Source: Intoshia linei (Eukaryota > Animalia > Orthonectida). From it: 37,522 nt of DNA. The position numbers and the translations under genes are program-made. Below the pieces are notes generated by a model. The model had not been told where the DNA came from and made no database searches. It saw nothing but the letters and a program-made list of their open reading frames with translations. The stretch's first letter is position 1, and each line of letters starts with the position of its first letter. The stretch covers positions 1 through 37,522 of the forward strand of contig LWCA01000238.1 in assembly GCA_001642005.1 (NCBI GenBank), written 5' to 3'. This document shows positions 11,658 through 24,200 of this stretch, in pieces.

Positions 11658-14600
11658 ATGATGAGTAAACGAAAACACGCTGATGCAGAATTTGATTGTC
11701 ATTTTGATACGACATTATCTACTTCAAATAAAATAAATTTAAATAGTGAAAAAAATGAAAATAACCAAGACACTTTGACGGAAAATGACGAAAAAAATCG
11801 CATTCTTTGTTCCAACACAATGACACCAATATTACCAATTGATGGTGTTTCTGTCGTTGGAATAAAAAATTGTACATTTTTATATAAAAAAATTCAAAAA
11901 AAATTTAGCTCCAACTGATATCAACAAATACATTGAACGAGATAGTGTATTTATTGATGAATTTACAAATATTTTGTGGGACAAAAAATCGAAACTTACA
12001 TACTCCAACATGTATCGTGTAAGTTTTTAGATTAAATTTAATTTAATTGTCTTGGGCCGTTTTTTATTATATTTGTAATGCACTTAAATATGATGAACTC
12101 TTTACTCCAAAGTACATGAGATATGATTACTCAAAATCAAAACTAAGATCTGAGAATGGGCGTGTTTAAAAAAATAAAGTATTATTTTATATGAATTTTA
12201 CCGCTTAGTATTTTAAGTTTTATTATTCATATATAAATTGTATGCCAGAACGTCATTTGTACATTTTGTCAATTAAGTATTATTTATTTTAGAATTTAAT
12301 TTAAATTTCTTTTTTAATTTATTTCCATTTAAACGTAGCTCATTATTTTTAAGGAAATTCACTTGAAGCAAATTAAAATTTTTGGGTACACTAGTTATTA
12401 CCGTACTATGAAATACTTAAACTATGGAAATGTAGTTTATGAATTATAATTTAAAAAAATTAACATTACAAATTAGTGTGACCTTTGAGACTGTTTGTTT
12501 TTACATATTTTTCAATTCTTGAACGTATGGTTGATAAACACGCATTTCCTATCAAGGTATATAATTCGTTCCCTTTTCGTGTTTTTATTTGCAGCATAGT
12601 AGAAAAACCTAGCTAGGTTAGCTCTGTGTTTTTATTTATTAATTTTTCTCTGGGTACACTTAGGTTTTGCTGCGGCCCATTAGTGCGCCTTCCCACATCA
12701 GTTAAGAAACACTGGTCTAAGGGTGAAACTGAGACTGACAATTTGTAACGCAGACTCAATAAAAATTTTATATTGTAACTTTCAAAATCAGTCTGTTAGA
12801 CATTTTTGACTATTAAATGGCAAAAAATATTTTTCATTACAGATGAAAAAATTAGATTGTGATTAATTTTAAATTAATTTATTTAGATTATTGAAAATTA
12901 TTTAATAATGCGGCCGTGGAATAAAATTTACACTACTCTTGAAACTGAAATTATACATTATTTAAAAGAAAGTAGCAAAAAAGCTATTCAGATGTTAATT
13001 TTAGATTCTGACAATGTCATCAAATTTGTTAATGATTTTTGGGATGATTATAAAAAGAAAAAGGTTATTTTATTAAATTTCTATATCAGTGGTATCAATG
13101 TCTATTGTTAGAGATTTGTAATTGTATCAGTTTAATATTTAATTTTGTAGACCCACCTTATTCATTTTTTAAAATGATTTATATTGCATTTAATGATTAG
13201 TAAAGAGGAATTCTGATAGTTTTATCTTAAATATAAAAATGCCAAAAATAGAAATGTTTATACGAGATGCGCACTCCATAGATCAGAAAACATGTACATT
13301 GTATGTGACTCATTGAATATTAATCCAAAAATTCGTTGAAATTAAAAGAAAAAATCATTGAGGTGTGATATTCATAGATACAAGAACTGTTTATATTATC
13401 TCTTTGTAGTCTTTCCCGTATATTGTTAAATCATGGCGTGATATGGAGAAGTGGCCATTACTTATATTTCGATTTTAATTTATATTTTCCATTTTTACTG
13501 TCCCATAATAATTTGTGATGGACTTCATGATACGGCTTTGAATTTAGACATAATCCTTGTTCTATAACAGCGCTCATCAAATTTTATATTTTTCCCAAAT
13601 CCAAAGTTTAACCAACATAATAAATTTAATATAAAATACAAATGTTATTGCATATTATAAAATATGTATTGCTATTGTATTGTTTGTTTTTTCCAATATG
13701 ACATGTGTCAAAATTCCGCTTTTGGTATTGAACATTTTGTGGTAAAATATCTACTTCACCTTGTTGAATTGCAAATTATGTTTTAATTCCTTTAGAGAGA
13801 ATTCAAGACCTATAATTAACCTATAAGTGCTACTATTTCCTTTATCGCATAAAGGTCGATATTCAGTAAACTAAAATGTATTCGATTTTTGAAGAAAGTT
13901 GTGGTAACCCTTATGGCCGTTACATTGTCATGTAAATTATAGAGGTGATGATGCCATAAGGCAAGACCAGCAGTAAGCTAATACCATAATTAGTGATTCA
14001 TTTCCTGTTGATTATCCAAAGATCCAATTGTATGAGACAACATTAGCTAATTTTGGAATTAAGAGCAACAACCTGTAGCAATCCCATGCGAAGAATTCCT
14101 GATCGTTCTGTAATGGGACATGTGGAAATCATCATGGTATGGATAGGCTACTGTTCACTGATTCGTCTTTTTCATTGCCGATTGTCTTCTGATTGTCTTA
14201 CGGTGATCGTCGTTTGTCGACACAACACTTATTAACCTTTTTAAACTCAGGGTAGTATTTATATTGATCCACATTAGTAGTTATTTTTCATAATTCTAAA
14301 TCTCGAAAAGCGATTTAAAATGATGTTTTGATAAACTATGTTTTAGTATACTATTATTTTAATATTTTATTTAGCGTTTGATTTGTATGGTGTTTAGCTA
14401 CATGGATCGTACATTTGTTATTCATCAAGGAAATAAATTGTCCTTAAAGTATATACGAATAAGATTATTACTTATTATGTATCAATTTAGCAATTTATAT
14501 AATAAATTATTTCGAGACCATTTTTTGTGTGAACCAAAAACACTTGAAGCATTTATCACTACAATTATTATAAAAATAGAAGAAGACAGAAAAAATGAAA

Positions 14601-17600
14601 TTGAACCTTCCAGTGATTGTCTTTTGTATAATCTTGTCAATATTTTCATTGAACACAAAGTTTGTTTTTAATCTACAACAGCGGTCCCACGGTTTGAAGC
14701 ATACGAATTTACATTTAATGAAAGAATTTTCTCGTGTCCCAACTTTGCTGAATTTAACCTGCGGGTGAAAAATAATGACCACCCTGCTCTATAATATTAA
14801 TTTGTACTTTTATATGCTTTAATCTACTCATTTCGAGTTATTATTTGTCCATTTCTTTTTTGGTCAATCCTGAAGACGATAGCGTCAGATATTTTTAAAT
14901 GGCATGTTATCAATTGTGATTGCTTAATAAATTTCCAGTTCGTGTGTATTTGTAATTTAACAATCCCATTACTTTTATATACGCTAAGGACGTTTCTTTA
15001 GATTTATGAAGAAGTTTTTGAATCTAGATACCTGGAAAATTCTGAAAAATATATTTCCGATTGTGCAGATAATTTACGCAAAAATATGAAGGATGATTCA
15101 GTATTTATTTTTAAACATTTTTTTATTTTTCAAGTTGGAAAATTACATTGATAATGTAAATAAAATGTTAAATGTTGAAAACAATCGAATCGATGCATAT
15201 TTATATTATACCACAAGGTTTTTACAATTATCAATTTAATATATTATCAGAAAACCCATCCTGGATATGATAAAAACGAAATATTTGAATGTAGATATTC
15301 TGGGCGTATTAAATTTAGGTAATTTTATTTATTTTACATAGCGTTGCAACGGTAATGTACGGCGTATATTGTACGCCTTAGTGTAATATTGAGTTTAATT
15401 TTCATCAAACTATTGTTGAGTCTTATCTACAATGTTACTCATCCGGTGTTTAGAGGGCGAATCGATGAAGATAACTGATCTAGATCCTTTCAATACACTT
15501 TATTTAAATAAAACTATATAACTTACTGTCTGTAACAACATTTATAATAATTTAATTTAGGCCTTCCATATTTAATGCAAGAAAATTGTGTTAGTGTGCT
15601 TTGTAATCTCTTTAAATTGTTGAGCCCACTAGAAGATGGACTATATAATTTGATTCAAGTTTTTACCAGTTATGTTAATGTAATTTTGCATTTATTCATA
15701 TTTAGTTTTTATTTTTTAAATATACTTTAGGATACGGCACATACATTTTTGTTTAATGATGAAAAACGCGAAATTGTTAATGATAAATTGGTATTTTGTG
15801 TTTTAGGTGAGTTTATCTCATATGTATCACATCTATTTAGTCATCCAGAATATCAATTTTATCACGTTTGTCATTGAAATTTTTATAATATGATCACACG
15901 CCTGAGTTGAATTTAAATTTTTAATCCAATAATAATATTTATAAACATGTAGTTTTATTTTTTGTAAACCTGTCTGTCAAAGGGTTTTTTATTTCCAGTA
16001 ATTATATATGTAATAGTATCTAGCTCTGCCGAACGCGGAAATTTAAATAAATTTTATAAAAATTACTTGAATTTAAAATAAAATCAAATTTTAGTTAAAA
16101 AAATTTTAAAAGTATTTGAAAAAATCAAATTGAATACAAAATTTACCTATCGTCTGTCAAGCTATATAATTCTTGCTTTTAAACTGATATTTTGATTCTG
16201 AAATTTTAGTTTAATAATTTACCAATAATTATCTAATCTTTAGCAACCTCTTAGTGTTAACTATTATTATTTGACCAAATGGTCAAGAATTCCTTTAATG
16301 TTGTTTCTCACAATTTTAAGTTATTGAAGGGTTATAAATCTTATATTTGTTTATTCATCAACTTGTTAAAAGTGCTAATCGTCAAATTTTAACAATTGTC
16401 TGGTTTTATTTAGTTTGTCCATTTATATTTTTCATTGTTTTTCGTTCATTATATTAATCATTTTATTTCAGTAATATGGAAATGAGGCTCGATATGCATG
16501 CCGACTGATAATATGTAAAATTATGTAGTTTAAAGTTCAATATAAAACTAAAATTTTTAACTGTAAAAAATAATCTAAAATTTAGATTCTAAATATATAA
16601 TATACTAGCTTGGCTGTTTTGTACTACGTACAAAAACCACTTAGCTCTGCCGAGGGACTCTTTTATTATACCAAAAAAATAAATTCACGTTGAAAATCTA
16701 ACTTAAAAATCCTACTATTAACTATTATCAATCCTTTAAAGGAGTGGTTCCCAAATTTGTTTCAGGTGGAACCGTCATATTACATTACTTTTTACTTTAA
16801 ATTGAATTATTTTGTCTTAATTTTGTTTTGTTACATTTGAATAAAGAATTTTAAAAACAATTATTATCCCATTTTTTAACGTACAATCCACATTTTTTTT
16901 TAAATTGTAGGAACGATATTTACATTTTCAATTTTTGATTTTAATCAAAATATTTGAAAAATATTGGTTGAATATATTAAAAATTATTTTTCACCCGGGA
17001 ATGCGTAGATTTCTCGGGTTGAACTTTTGTATGTATATCAACTGGAATAAGCTCTATCAGAATAATCCTTTTTTTTAATTTTCGAACTTTTAATTATTTC
17101 ACATTTATTGTTTTAATAAAATGATTCGAAAAAAAATATATGAATACTAAAATGCTTTTTTGACCGTGAAGTCGTCACCTTATCAGATTTAAATTTTTTG
17201 TTATTAACATGATACAACTGTACCTACCTGTAAATTTTTTGAAATTCTAGGGCTGTTTTCATAAAAAAAGAAGGGTAATCTTATAATTTTTTTGAAATTA
17301 TAGGGCTGTTTTCATTAAAAAAAAGAAGGATAATTTGTGATTTTTGCCGTAAAGATATTTTTTTAAATTTATGATAATGTTTATGATTTTAAAATCCGCA
17401 TCAGCGTATATATTTTTTTAAATTCTCCACTTCGTTTAATTTTCAAAAAGAGGGACAACAGGGGTTTTTGACCCTTAAGATGGGAAATTGGGAGGTTGAA
17501 ATCTATGTTATTATACGCTCCGGAAAAAACTGTAATTGAAATGTGGTCTTTAAAAAATTCTAAAAATACTAGTTATTTCAAAAAAGTAACACACACCGAC

Positions 17601-20600
17601 ACACAAACAAAAATCGCGCCGCATTTTATATAAGTTAGGATGTAACTAAATGAATTATACTGACTTTACGATGACTATGAATGAATTAACTTGATTATAA
17701 TATTACGCTAGTTACCGACTAAATGTTTAAAAAGAAACATCACCTATTATATAGTATTTTAAAGTTATTAATTGAATTCCGCTTAATGTTTTTTGAGAAT
17801 TGAGAATTGAGAATTTTTAATAACGGAATATTATTTTTCACATGTCGAAGCATATTCTCTGCTCATGTGCTAATTTTTTTCTTTGTACAACCCTACTGTA
17901 TATATTGAACACCTAATATAATAAACATTTTGTAGAGTGAACATTAAAAATTATTTTGTTAACAAAAAATCCACTTTATATGGAAGTATAGTGAACAATA
18001 CGGTAATGAACGGTGAACACCTTTCAAAATGAAGATAATATTATATTTTTGTATAATGTCATTGTAATTTTAATTAATTAATATGATTTGTACTTTATTT
18101 CTACATTATATAATGAACGATAAAAATCGTAAAATTTGTTAATTGGAAAAAAAATAAATCATACTGTTTCATGAGTCAAATAAAACATAGCCAACGAAAT
18201 ATGGCTAAGAAATTTAAATTATCTCTGGCTACATTAATGGAATAATTAAAAATTCCCACAATATTCTCATTGAAGATGATAAGATCATCTGTAATAGAAG
18301 CTTCTTTAAAACCTGTAAAATAGATGAAAAACTATTTGAATAGATTGAATTTAAAAGGTTGAAACATTTTATTTTATCTGACGAAGTGATTAAAACAATA
18401 GCTCTAAAATTGAAGATTTTAAGGCTTCAAATGGTTGGATAAGTTCTAATTCTGTGTAATAATCTCTGATTTAATAGTTTCTGGTTTAATAAATTCTGCA
18501 TTTTAAGGATAATAAAAAGTTCACTATAAACTCTATAATGAACATCGTTATTTTTTCTATGTTAGTGTTCAATATATACAGGTCTAACTGTATCTATAAT
18601 GACGAATAAAAATTTTCGGCTTAAAATTTATTCCGTAATAATAAACTAAGTGATAGTACGTATTTTTGTGCCACTTTCATTTATTTGAATTTGAAATTGA
18701 AAAATATTGATATCGTGTGCTTTTAATTTAATTACAATTGAGAAAGTTTATTTCAAATAAAACGTAAATAAACATCTTTCTATACAAATTTATACACTAA
18801 AATTTTTACGTTTACATAGAAATTATCGAGTACGTATTTTTTTAAGTTAAAAATACGTATATCTGGCCACTTTAATTTATTTGTACATTTTGTATTTAAT
18901 AGATTATTTAATTATTACGATAAAATTTTAATTTATATAATTTTAATGAAAATTCGCAAAATATTAGGATTCTTAATTAATTATTGTTTAGAATCTAAAA
19001 TTTAGATTTATGTGTTAATTTAGAATTTAAGGAAAAAATTGAAATGATTATTGAAAAGTCATTCAACAACCATAAAGCTTTCAATGATTCCTTAAAATCT
19101 GAATTTAAAAAATTGTTTAATGTGAAACCTTCCAGGGTTGCTCAATTAGTAGGTAAAAATTTAGAATTTACAAACTTTGTATATTAAAAATTAATTATGT
19201 ATTTATTCACATTTTAGTTATTTATATCGATTTAAAATTCAAAGAATGTGCTCAAAATGATGATATCTCAGATTTTGAATTGAAAAAGAAAAATGTTATA
19301 CACGATTGTTTGTGTCTATTTCGATATTTAAATGGTTTTTTATTTTTTAATTTAATTATTCACAATTCTCAATTAATGCAAATTAGCTAAAGATGTATTT
19401 GAAACTTTTTATAAATCTGCCTTATCGAAAAGACTTTTGACACTGCGAAATTCCATGTATGATCTCGAAAAGCAAATGCTGCTTAGATTCCGGGAAGGTA
19501 AAATAGATTGTTTAAAAAAAATTAATTGAGATGCCATTTTTCCAATCATTTCAAGTACAATATTCGATAAGAAATGAGAAGAAAACTGACTATAAAAAAT
19601 ATCACTATTTTTTTAATTTCCCAAGTTTAACGTTAAACACGTTGTATTTAATGATTAAATTAATAAAACCTCAATTCAGAATTAATATTACAATTTTAAA
19701 TAGAATGTGGATCTCAATTTACGACTCAATTAGAAAAAATGTTTGAGGACTTGGAAATTTCTTATAAAATTTCAAAACTTTATAACGACGTAAATATAAT
19801 TAAAATCAATCATATTGATATCTAGGTGAATCGTTCAACGCATGTCAATTTTAAAGTGTTGACTAGTGAAGCTTGGCCAAAATTCTACGACCTTAGTGTT
19901 AAATGCATACCAGAGGTTTAAAAGCAATTGCATTTTGTTTCCATGATATTATCATTTATTCATAGATGATTGAAATTCAAAATAAATTGAAAGAATTATA
20001 TTATCAATACGATACAAAAAACAAGAATAAAAAACTACACTGGAGAACAAATTTAGGGTTTTGTTTAATTGCAGTTAATTTTAAAAATGTAATTGATTCA
20101 TGTTTACAATTAATGTAAATAACAAATATCAAAATAGGGCCCTATCGAGATTTTAGCATCGGAATTACAAACTACAATCTTAATGTTATTTCAACATAGA
20201 GATGAAATGGAATATACCTCCATTAAAAATTATACAAAGTTGGGTAAATTTTTATTTGTGTTTTTTTTTTATTATTTTTCAGATGATATTGAAATTAAAA
20301 AAACTCTGCACACTCTAATGTTTCAAAAATATAATTTATTGATCAAATTGAATAGTGTAATTTAATTAATTAATATCTAGTTCAATATAATGATTAGAAT
20401 GATTCTACAAACATTACTAAGACTGATGTTTTTCAATTTAATATCAATTTCACTAATGAAAACAAAAGAATTAAATTAAATTTTGCTAAACTAAATGATT
20501 TGAGCAATGTAGAAAGAAATGTTAAGGAAAAAATTCAAAAGGATAGAAAATACAATATCGATGCAGCAATTATTCGTATTATGAAAATAAAGCGTTCGTT

Positions 20601-20776
20601 ACCTGAAGAAACTTTGCAAAAAAAAATTTATACAATTATCAATTTTCCTATTAATGTAATTATTTTGTAATGTTTTATTTATTGTTTAGAAAACTGACTT
20701 TTCCAAAAGAATTGATAGTTTAATTTCTAGAGACTATATCAAAAAAGATAATAATATCGTTCACTATGTTGCATAA
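11658..20776 (+). CDS. CUL4: Cullin-4-like scaffold, divergent (about 20 exons)
   Basis: Spliced peptides: YSNMYRIIENY; FWDDYKKKKRLICMVFSYMDRTFV; IYEEVFESRYLENS; KDVFETFYKSALSKRLL..LEKQMLLRFREECGSQFTTQLEKMFEDLEIS; FKVLTSEAWP; neddylation motif DRKYNIDAAIIRIMK; C-terminus KRIDSLISRDYIKKDNNIVHYVA*, which resembles the CUL4 ending (RIESLIDRDY...YHYVA). Stop codon TAA at 20774-20776. Confidence 0.88.
16605..17640 (-). mobile_element. Complete non-autonomous Helitron (about 1.04 kb) in a cullin intron
   Basis: Minus strand reads a|TCCTAACTTATATAAAATGC ... gtttttgtacgtagtacaaaac (hairpin) agccaagCTAG|t. This gives a 5'-TC start, 3'-CTAG end, A^T target site and no TSD. Confidence 0.9.
17888..18590 (+). 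mobile_element. Internally deleted pogo/Tigger element
   Basis: TA-flanked TIRs (ctgtatatattgaacac / gtgttcaatatatacag). A decayed CENP-B-type HTH peptide EDFKASNGWI lies at about 18412-18441. Confidence 0.8.
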
Positions 20777-21206
20777 ATTTCACTTATGTCACTTTAAATT
20801 AAAATGTTTATAGTTTTTACATTTTTTAACCACTTGGCACGGGATTCATTTTCATTTTCATTTGGTATATTTTTAGGGTTGTTCAATGCAGAAACTCGAT
20901 AGTTTAAATTTCTTCCTTTTTCATTAACAGATCATATGGTGTATATACTATCAGAGATGATAATTTGTCATTTTCAAATAGTTTTGTGATGGGTAAACCA
21001 TCTTGTAAAAATGTTTTTTTAAATTCAAATTGTATTATGTATGATGAATTAACACATTACACTAATAAAAATGAAGAATACTCACAAAATAGTATAATTA
21101 TAATATAAATATATTATAATAAACCATTTTTATAATTCTAAAATAATGAGTAGCATTGACTTATAAAAGATTGTAATTATACAAAATTTTTAATATCAAA
21201 AAATAT

Positions 21207-24200
21207 TTACAAAAATATACACAATAACATAACAATAAGTGAAAATTGATAATTATTTTTTTTAATTGCCGATATTCTGCAAACAAGATTGTTATACCTA
21301 TTTCAAAATTAGTTTACACAGTTTATAAAATATTGGTTTCCAAGTTTGTCAACTTTAGTATATCACAAAAATAAGATGCATCCTTTTGTGTAGGAGTGAT
21401 TACCTTTCGTATACATCGATATGTAGGACATACCTGGCCATATCATTAACTGAAGTAAATATAATGTACTCAGTACTGTAATATACATTGGTCTATATAA
21501 ATAACTGGAAACCTCATGTACTAAAATAACCTGGAATCTTTATCCTTAACAACAAGTTTTCTATATTCTTGTTCAAGGGTTTGTCCATCGAAATACCAGG
21601 CCCTGTCGTTAAACGGATATTCAAATGCCTGTAAGCATTCACATTTATATGACCCCAAGACATATTTTCTACCAGAAATTGGAACACACTAAAAAATTAA
21701 AATTGTAAAAAAATATGATACTAAATTTACAAATGTGGATTCATAATGACATAACGCAGTGTTTTTAAATATATTGGCTTGATTAGCTGCTCCAGGGCAT
21801 TGATTAATATCCAAATCATCTAATTTGACGCTGACAGTCACAATACCTCTATTATAAATTTTGTATTTTAATTAATAATATTACATTTTTACTTGAATTC
21901 AATAGTTGTAGGGTCGAGAGCATTTGCATCAAAGAATGGAACTGAATATGTTACTACCCAGTCATTTATAAACATTTTGTTGCAATCAAAGAAAGGCGCA
22001 CCCCAATGACCACCTTCAAGCCCTGAAGCATAGAAATACAACGGATAATTTTCATGACGACGCTTACTAGTCCCAGTTAAATTTGAACGGACTGCCGGAG
22101 TCAATGTAAATTTTTCCATTCCATATATATTTGACTGCCAACGCTCTTTTACAGTTCTAAACCATAATTCGTCCAAGTACGAAGACTGAGAATTTGTAAA
22201 TTCCTGTTCACCAGTTCCCATTTTAGATTGTTTAATAAATCCAGCAAAATCTACAGCTCTAAAGTGGGTGTTGGCTCGATCTTGCGATCGGTAACTTTGA
22301 TCGTAAAAGTCTTCTCTTTCATTTTCTCTTTGAATTTCATCTGTTGCTTCGTATCTAATTATTTAATTAAACATGCCTAACAATTATTAATTCTACAAAA
22401 AAAATATTTTATTAATAATGACTAAAATAATTACCGAATCAGTCGTTGAATTTATAGAAAGAACTGGATATAAAAATAAGTAATATTTAATATTACATTC
22501 GTGTTTATCGAAATTACCTTACCAATACGTAAAAAGTTAATTATACTTAAAAAGTAGTATTAGTAAACAATATATCAAAAATAAAAATTTGTGATGATAA
22601 CAAATATTACCTGTGAATAAAAATTACGAAATTGCGGTAAAAAATGTTCATGTTAATAAGGTAACTTGATAATTACAAAAAGTTCTAAGTTTTATTCTTT
22701 AATATCTCATTAATAATGAAATTTTATCTAATTATTTTTACGTTATTTTATATTAATTAATGTTCAAAAATTTTCTTAAAGTAGTAGAAATTACGGCTAA
22801 ATAAAAGTTTCCATTTAGGCGAGTGTTTTAATGGCGCCAATTTAACAATTTTTTAACAGGTAATATTCAATTTTAATTATATTTCTGTCGTTACTATCTA
22901 ATTAGATTAAATTAAAATGCTGTAGAAATTTAGATAACATTTTGGTTATATGTTTTTGTTTTTAATCAAATAGAAATCAATTAATAGGATCTCATTGGTA
23001 TACCATTAGAACCTGAAATTTATACTACATGTATTAAAATATGAAAAAATCAGTGATCAAAACAATGAAGAACAAGGTAATATGCAAATAATTTAGTACA
23101 AATTATTACAATTTACAATGAAAATACACTGTATCGCAAACGAAGGAAAAGGACACAATTCATACTTTGAAAAAATTAACATTGTAAAGGAAAATATACA
23201 TTTATATCTATGGCGCCAAAAATGTAATCAACTTACTAATGTCATCATTATTAGTATACAACAATCCCTGACATGATTTATATTGAATTACCTATATGCA
23301 TAAGGAGCAAAATATTCTCTTTTTTTCACATTAAATTTCAATTCGTCATCAACAAATTCTTCATACATTCCATAGTCAAAAAAAATCCCACTAGACTTAA
23401 TTTTCAAATTTCCCATAACATTAGCTAAAACTTCTCCAAACAATTGGTCTTGATTTAAATACCGATCGCCACGTATATTCCCATACTCTTCATTAGGTTG
23501 AACATTTTGTAAAAAGGAACTTACAAAATGAGCCAACCTAAGAGCCGTCTGAGCTTCAGGTTTAAATTGCCTTTCGACATCAAATGCTGCATCGCCAGTC
23601 AATTTTAAGTCCCTTTTTGTTTTTTCTTGACAATTTCTAGTGTTAATGGACCATTTTTTTAATAAAGCAGAATACATTCTTTTCAAATTACCCGGAATCA
23701 TATCACCAGGTATATCAATCAACTCAGATCTGTAATCTCTGTGGTTATGTATAAATTCCACTTTTGATGTATAATTGAATTGTTCAAGTTGACGTCGTTT
23801 CTTGTAAACATAGGGAACCTTCAATTCAGCTTCAGCTGTAATATTTCCATATATGGATGGCACGACTTGTCTTCGACCGACCTTTACACAGTTAAACCCT
23901 GTTTCATACTGTTCATTGGTGGCCTTTTCTATGTGTTTACCTTGAAAAGGTCCTTGATAGTACTTAGGATATCTATGTCCAGGTTTACAAACACATTGAT
24001 AGCCGTCCCGATTGTATCCATAACCATGGAGAGGTTCACACATTGTAGTGGGTTTGCATCTCGATATTCCATGGAAATAATTGGGATCTGGATTTCCTAA
24101 CCCTTTGGGACACGGATTTAGATCAATTCTGATAAAGTCCATATCCATCACTACTACACCTACAAATTTATGACGCCTTAAATGAAACCATTCTAAATAT

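Noticed and set aside
13111-13200. ICNCISLIFNFVDP resembling a duplicated, mutually exclusive cullin exon
   Set aside because: Similarity is weak and an in-frame stop follows. The exon at 14375 fits CUL4 much better.
18656-18885. Short direct repeat plus a tacgtatttt/aaaatacgta hairpin as a possible ncRNA
   Set aside because: AT-rich and short; more likely a TE subterminal relic.
21390-21450. Alternative small exon near the 3' end of the Cache-EGF gene
   Set aside because: It is not needed and has no family motif. The exon at 21297 supplies the expected final Cys (YNNLVCR).
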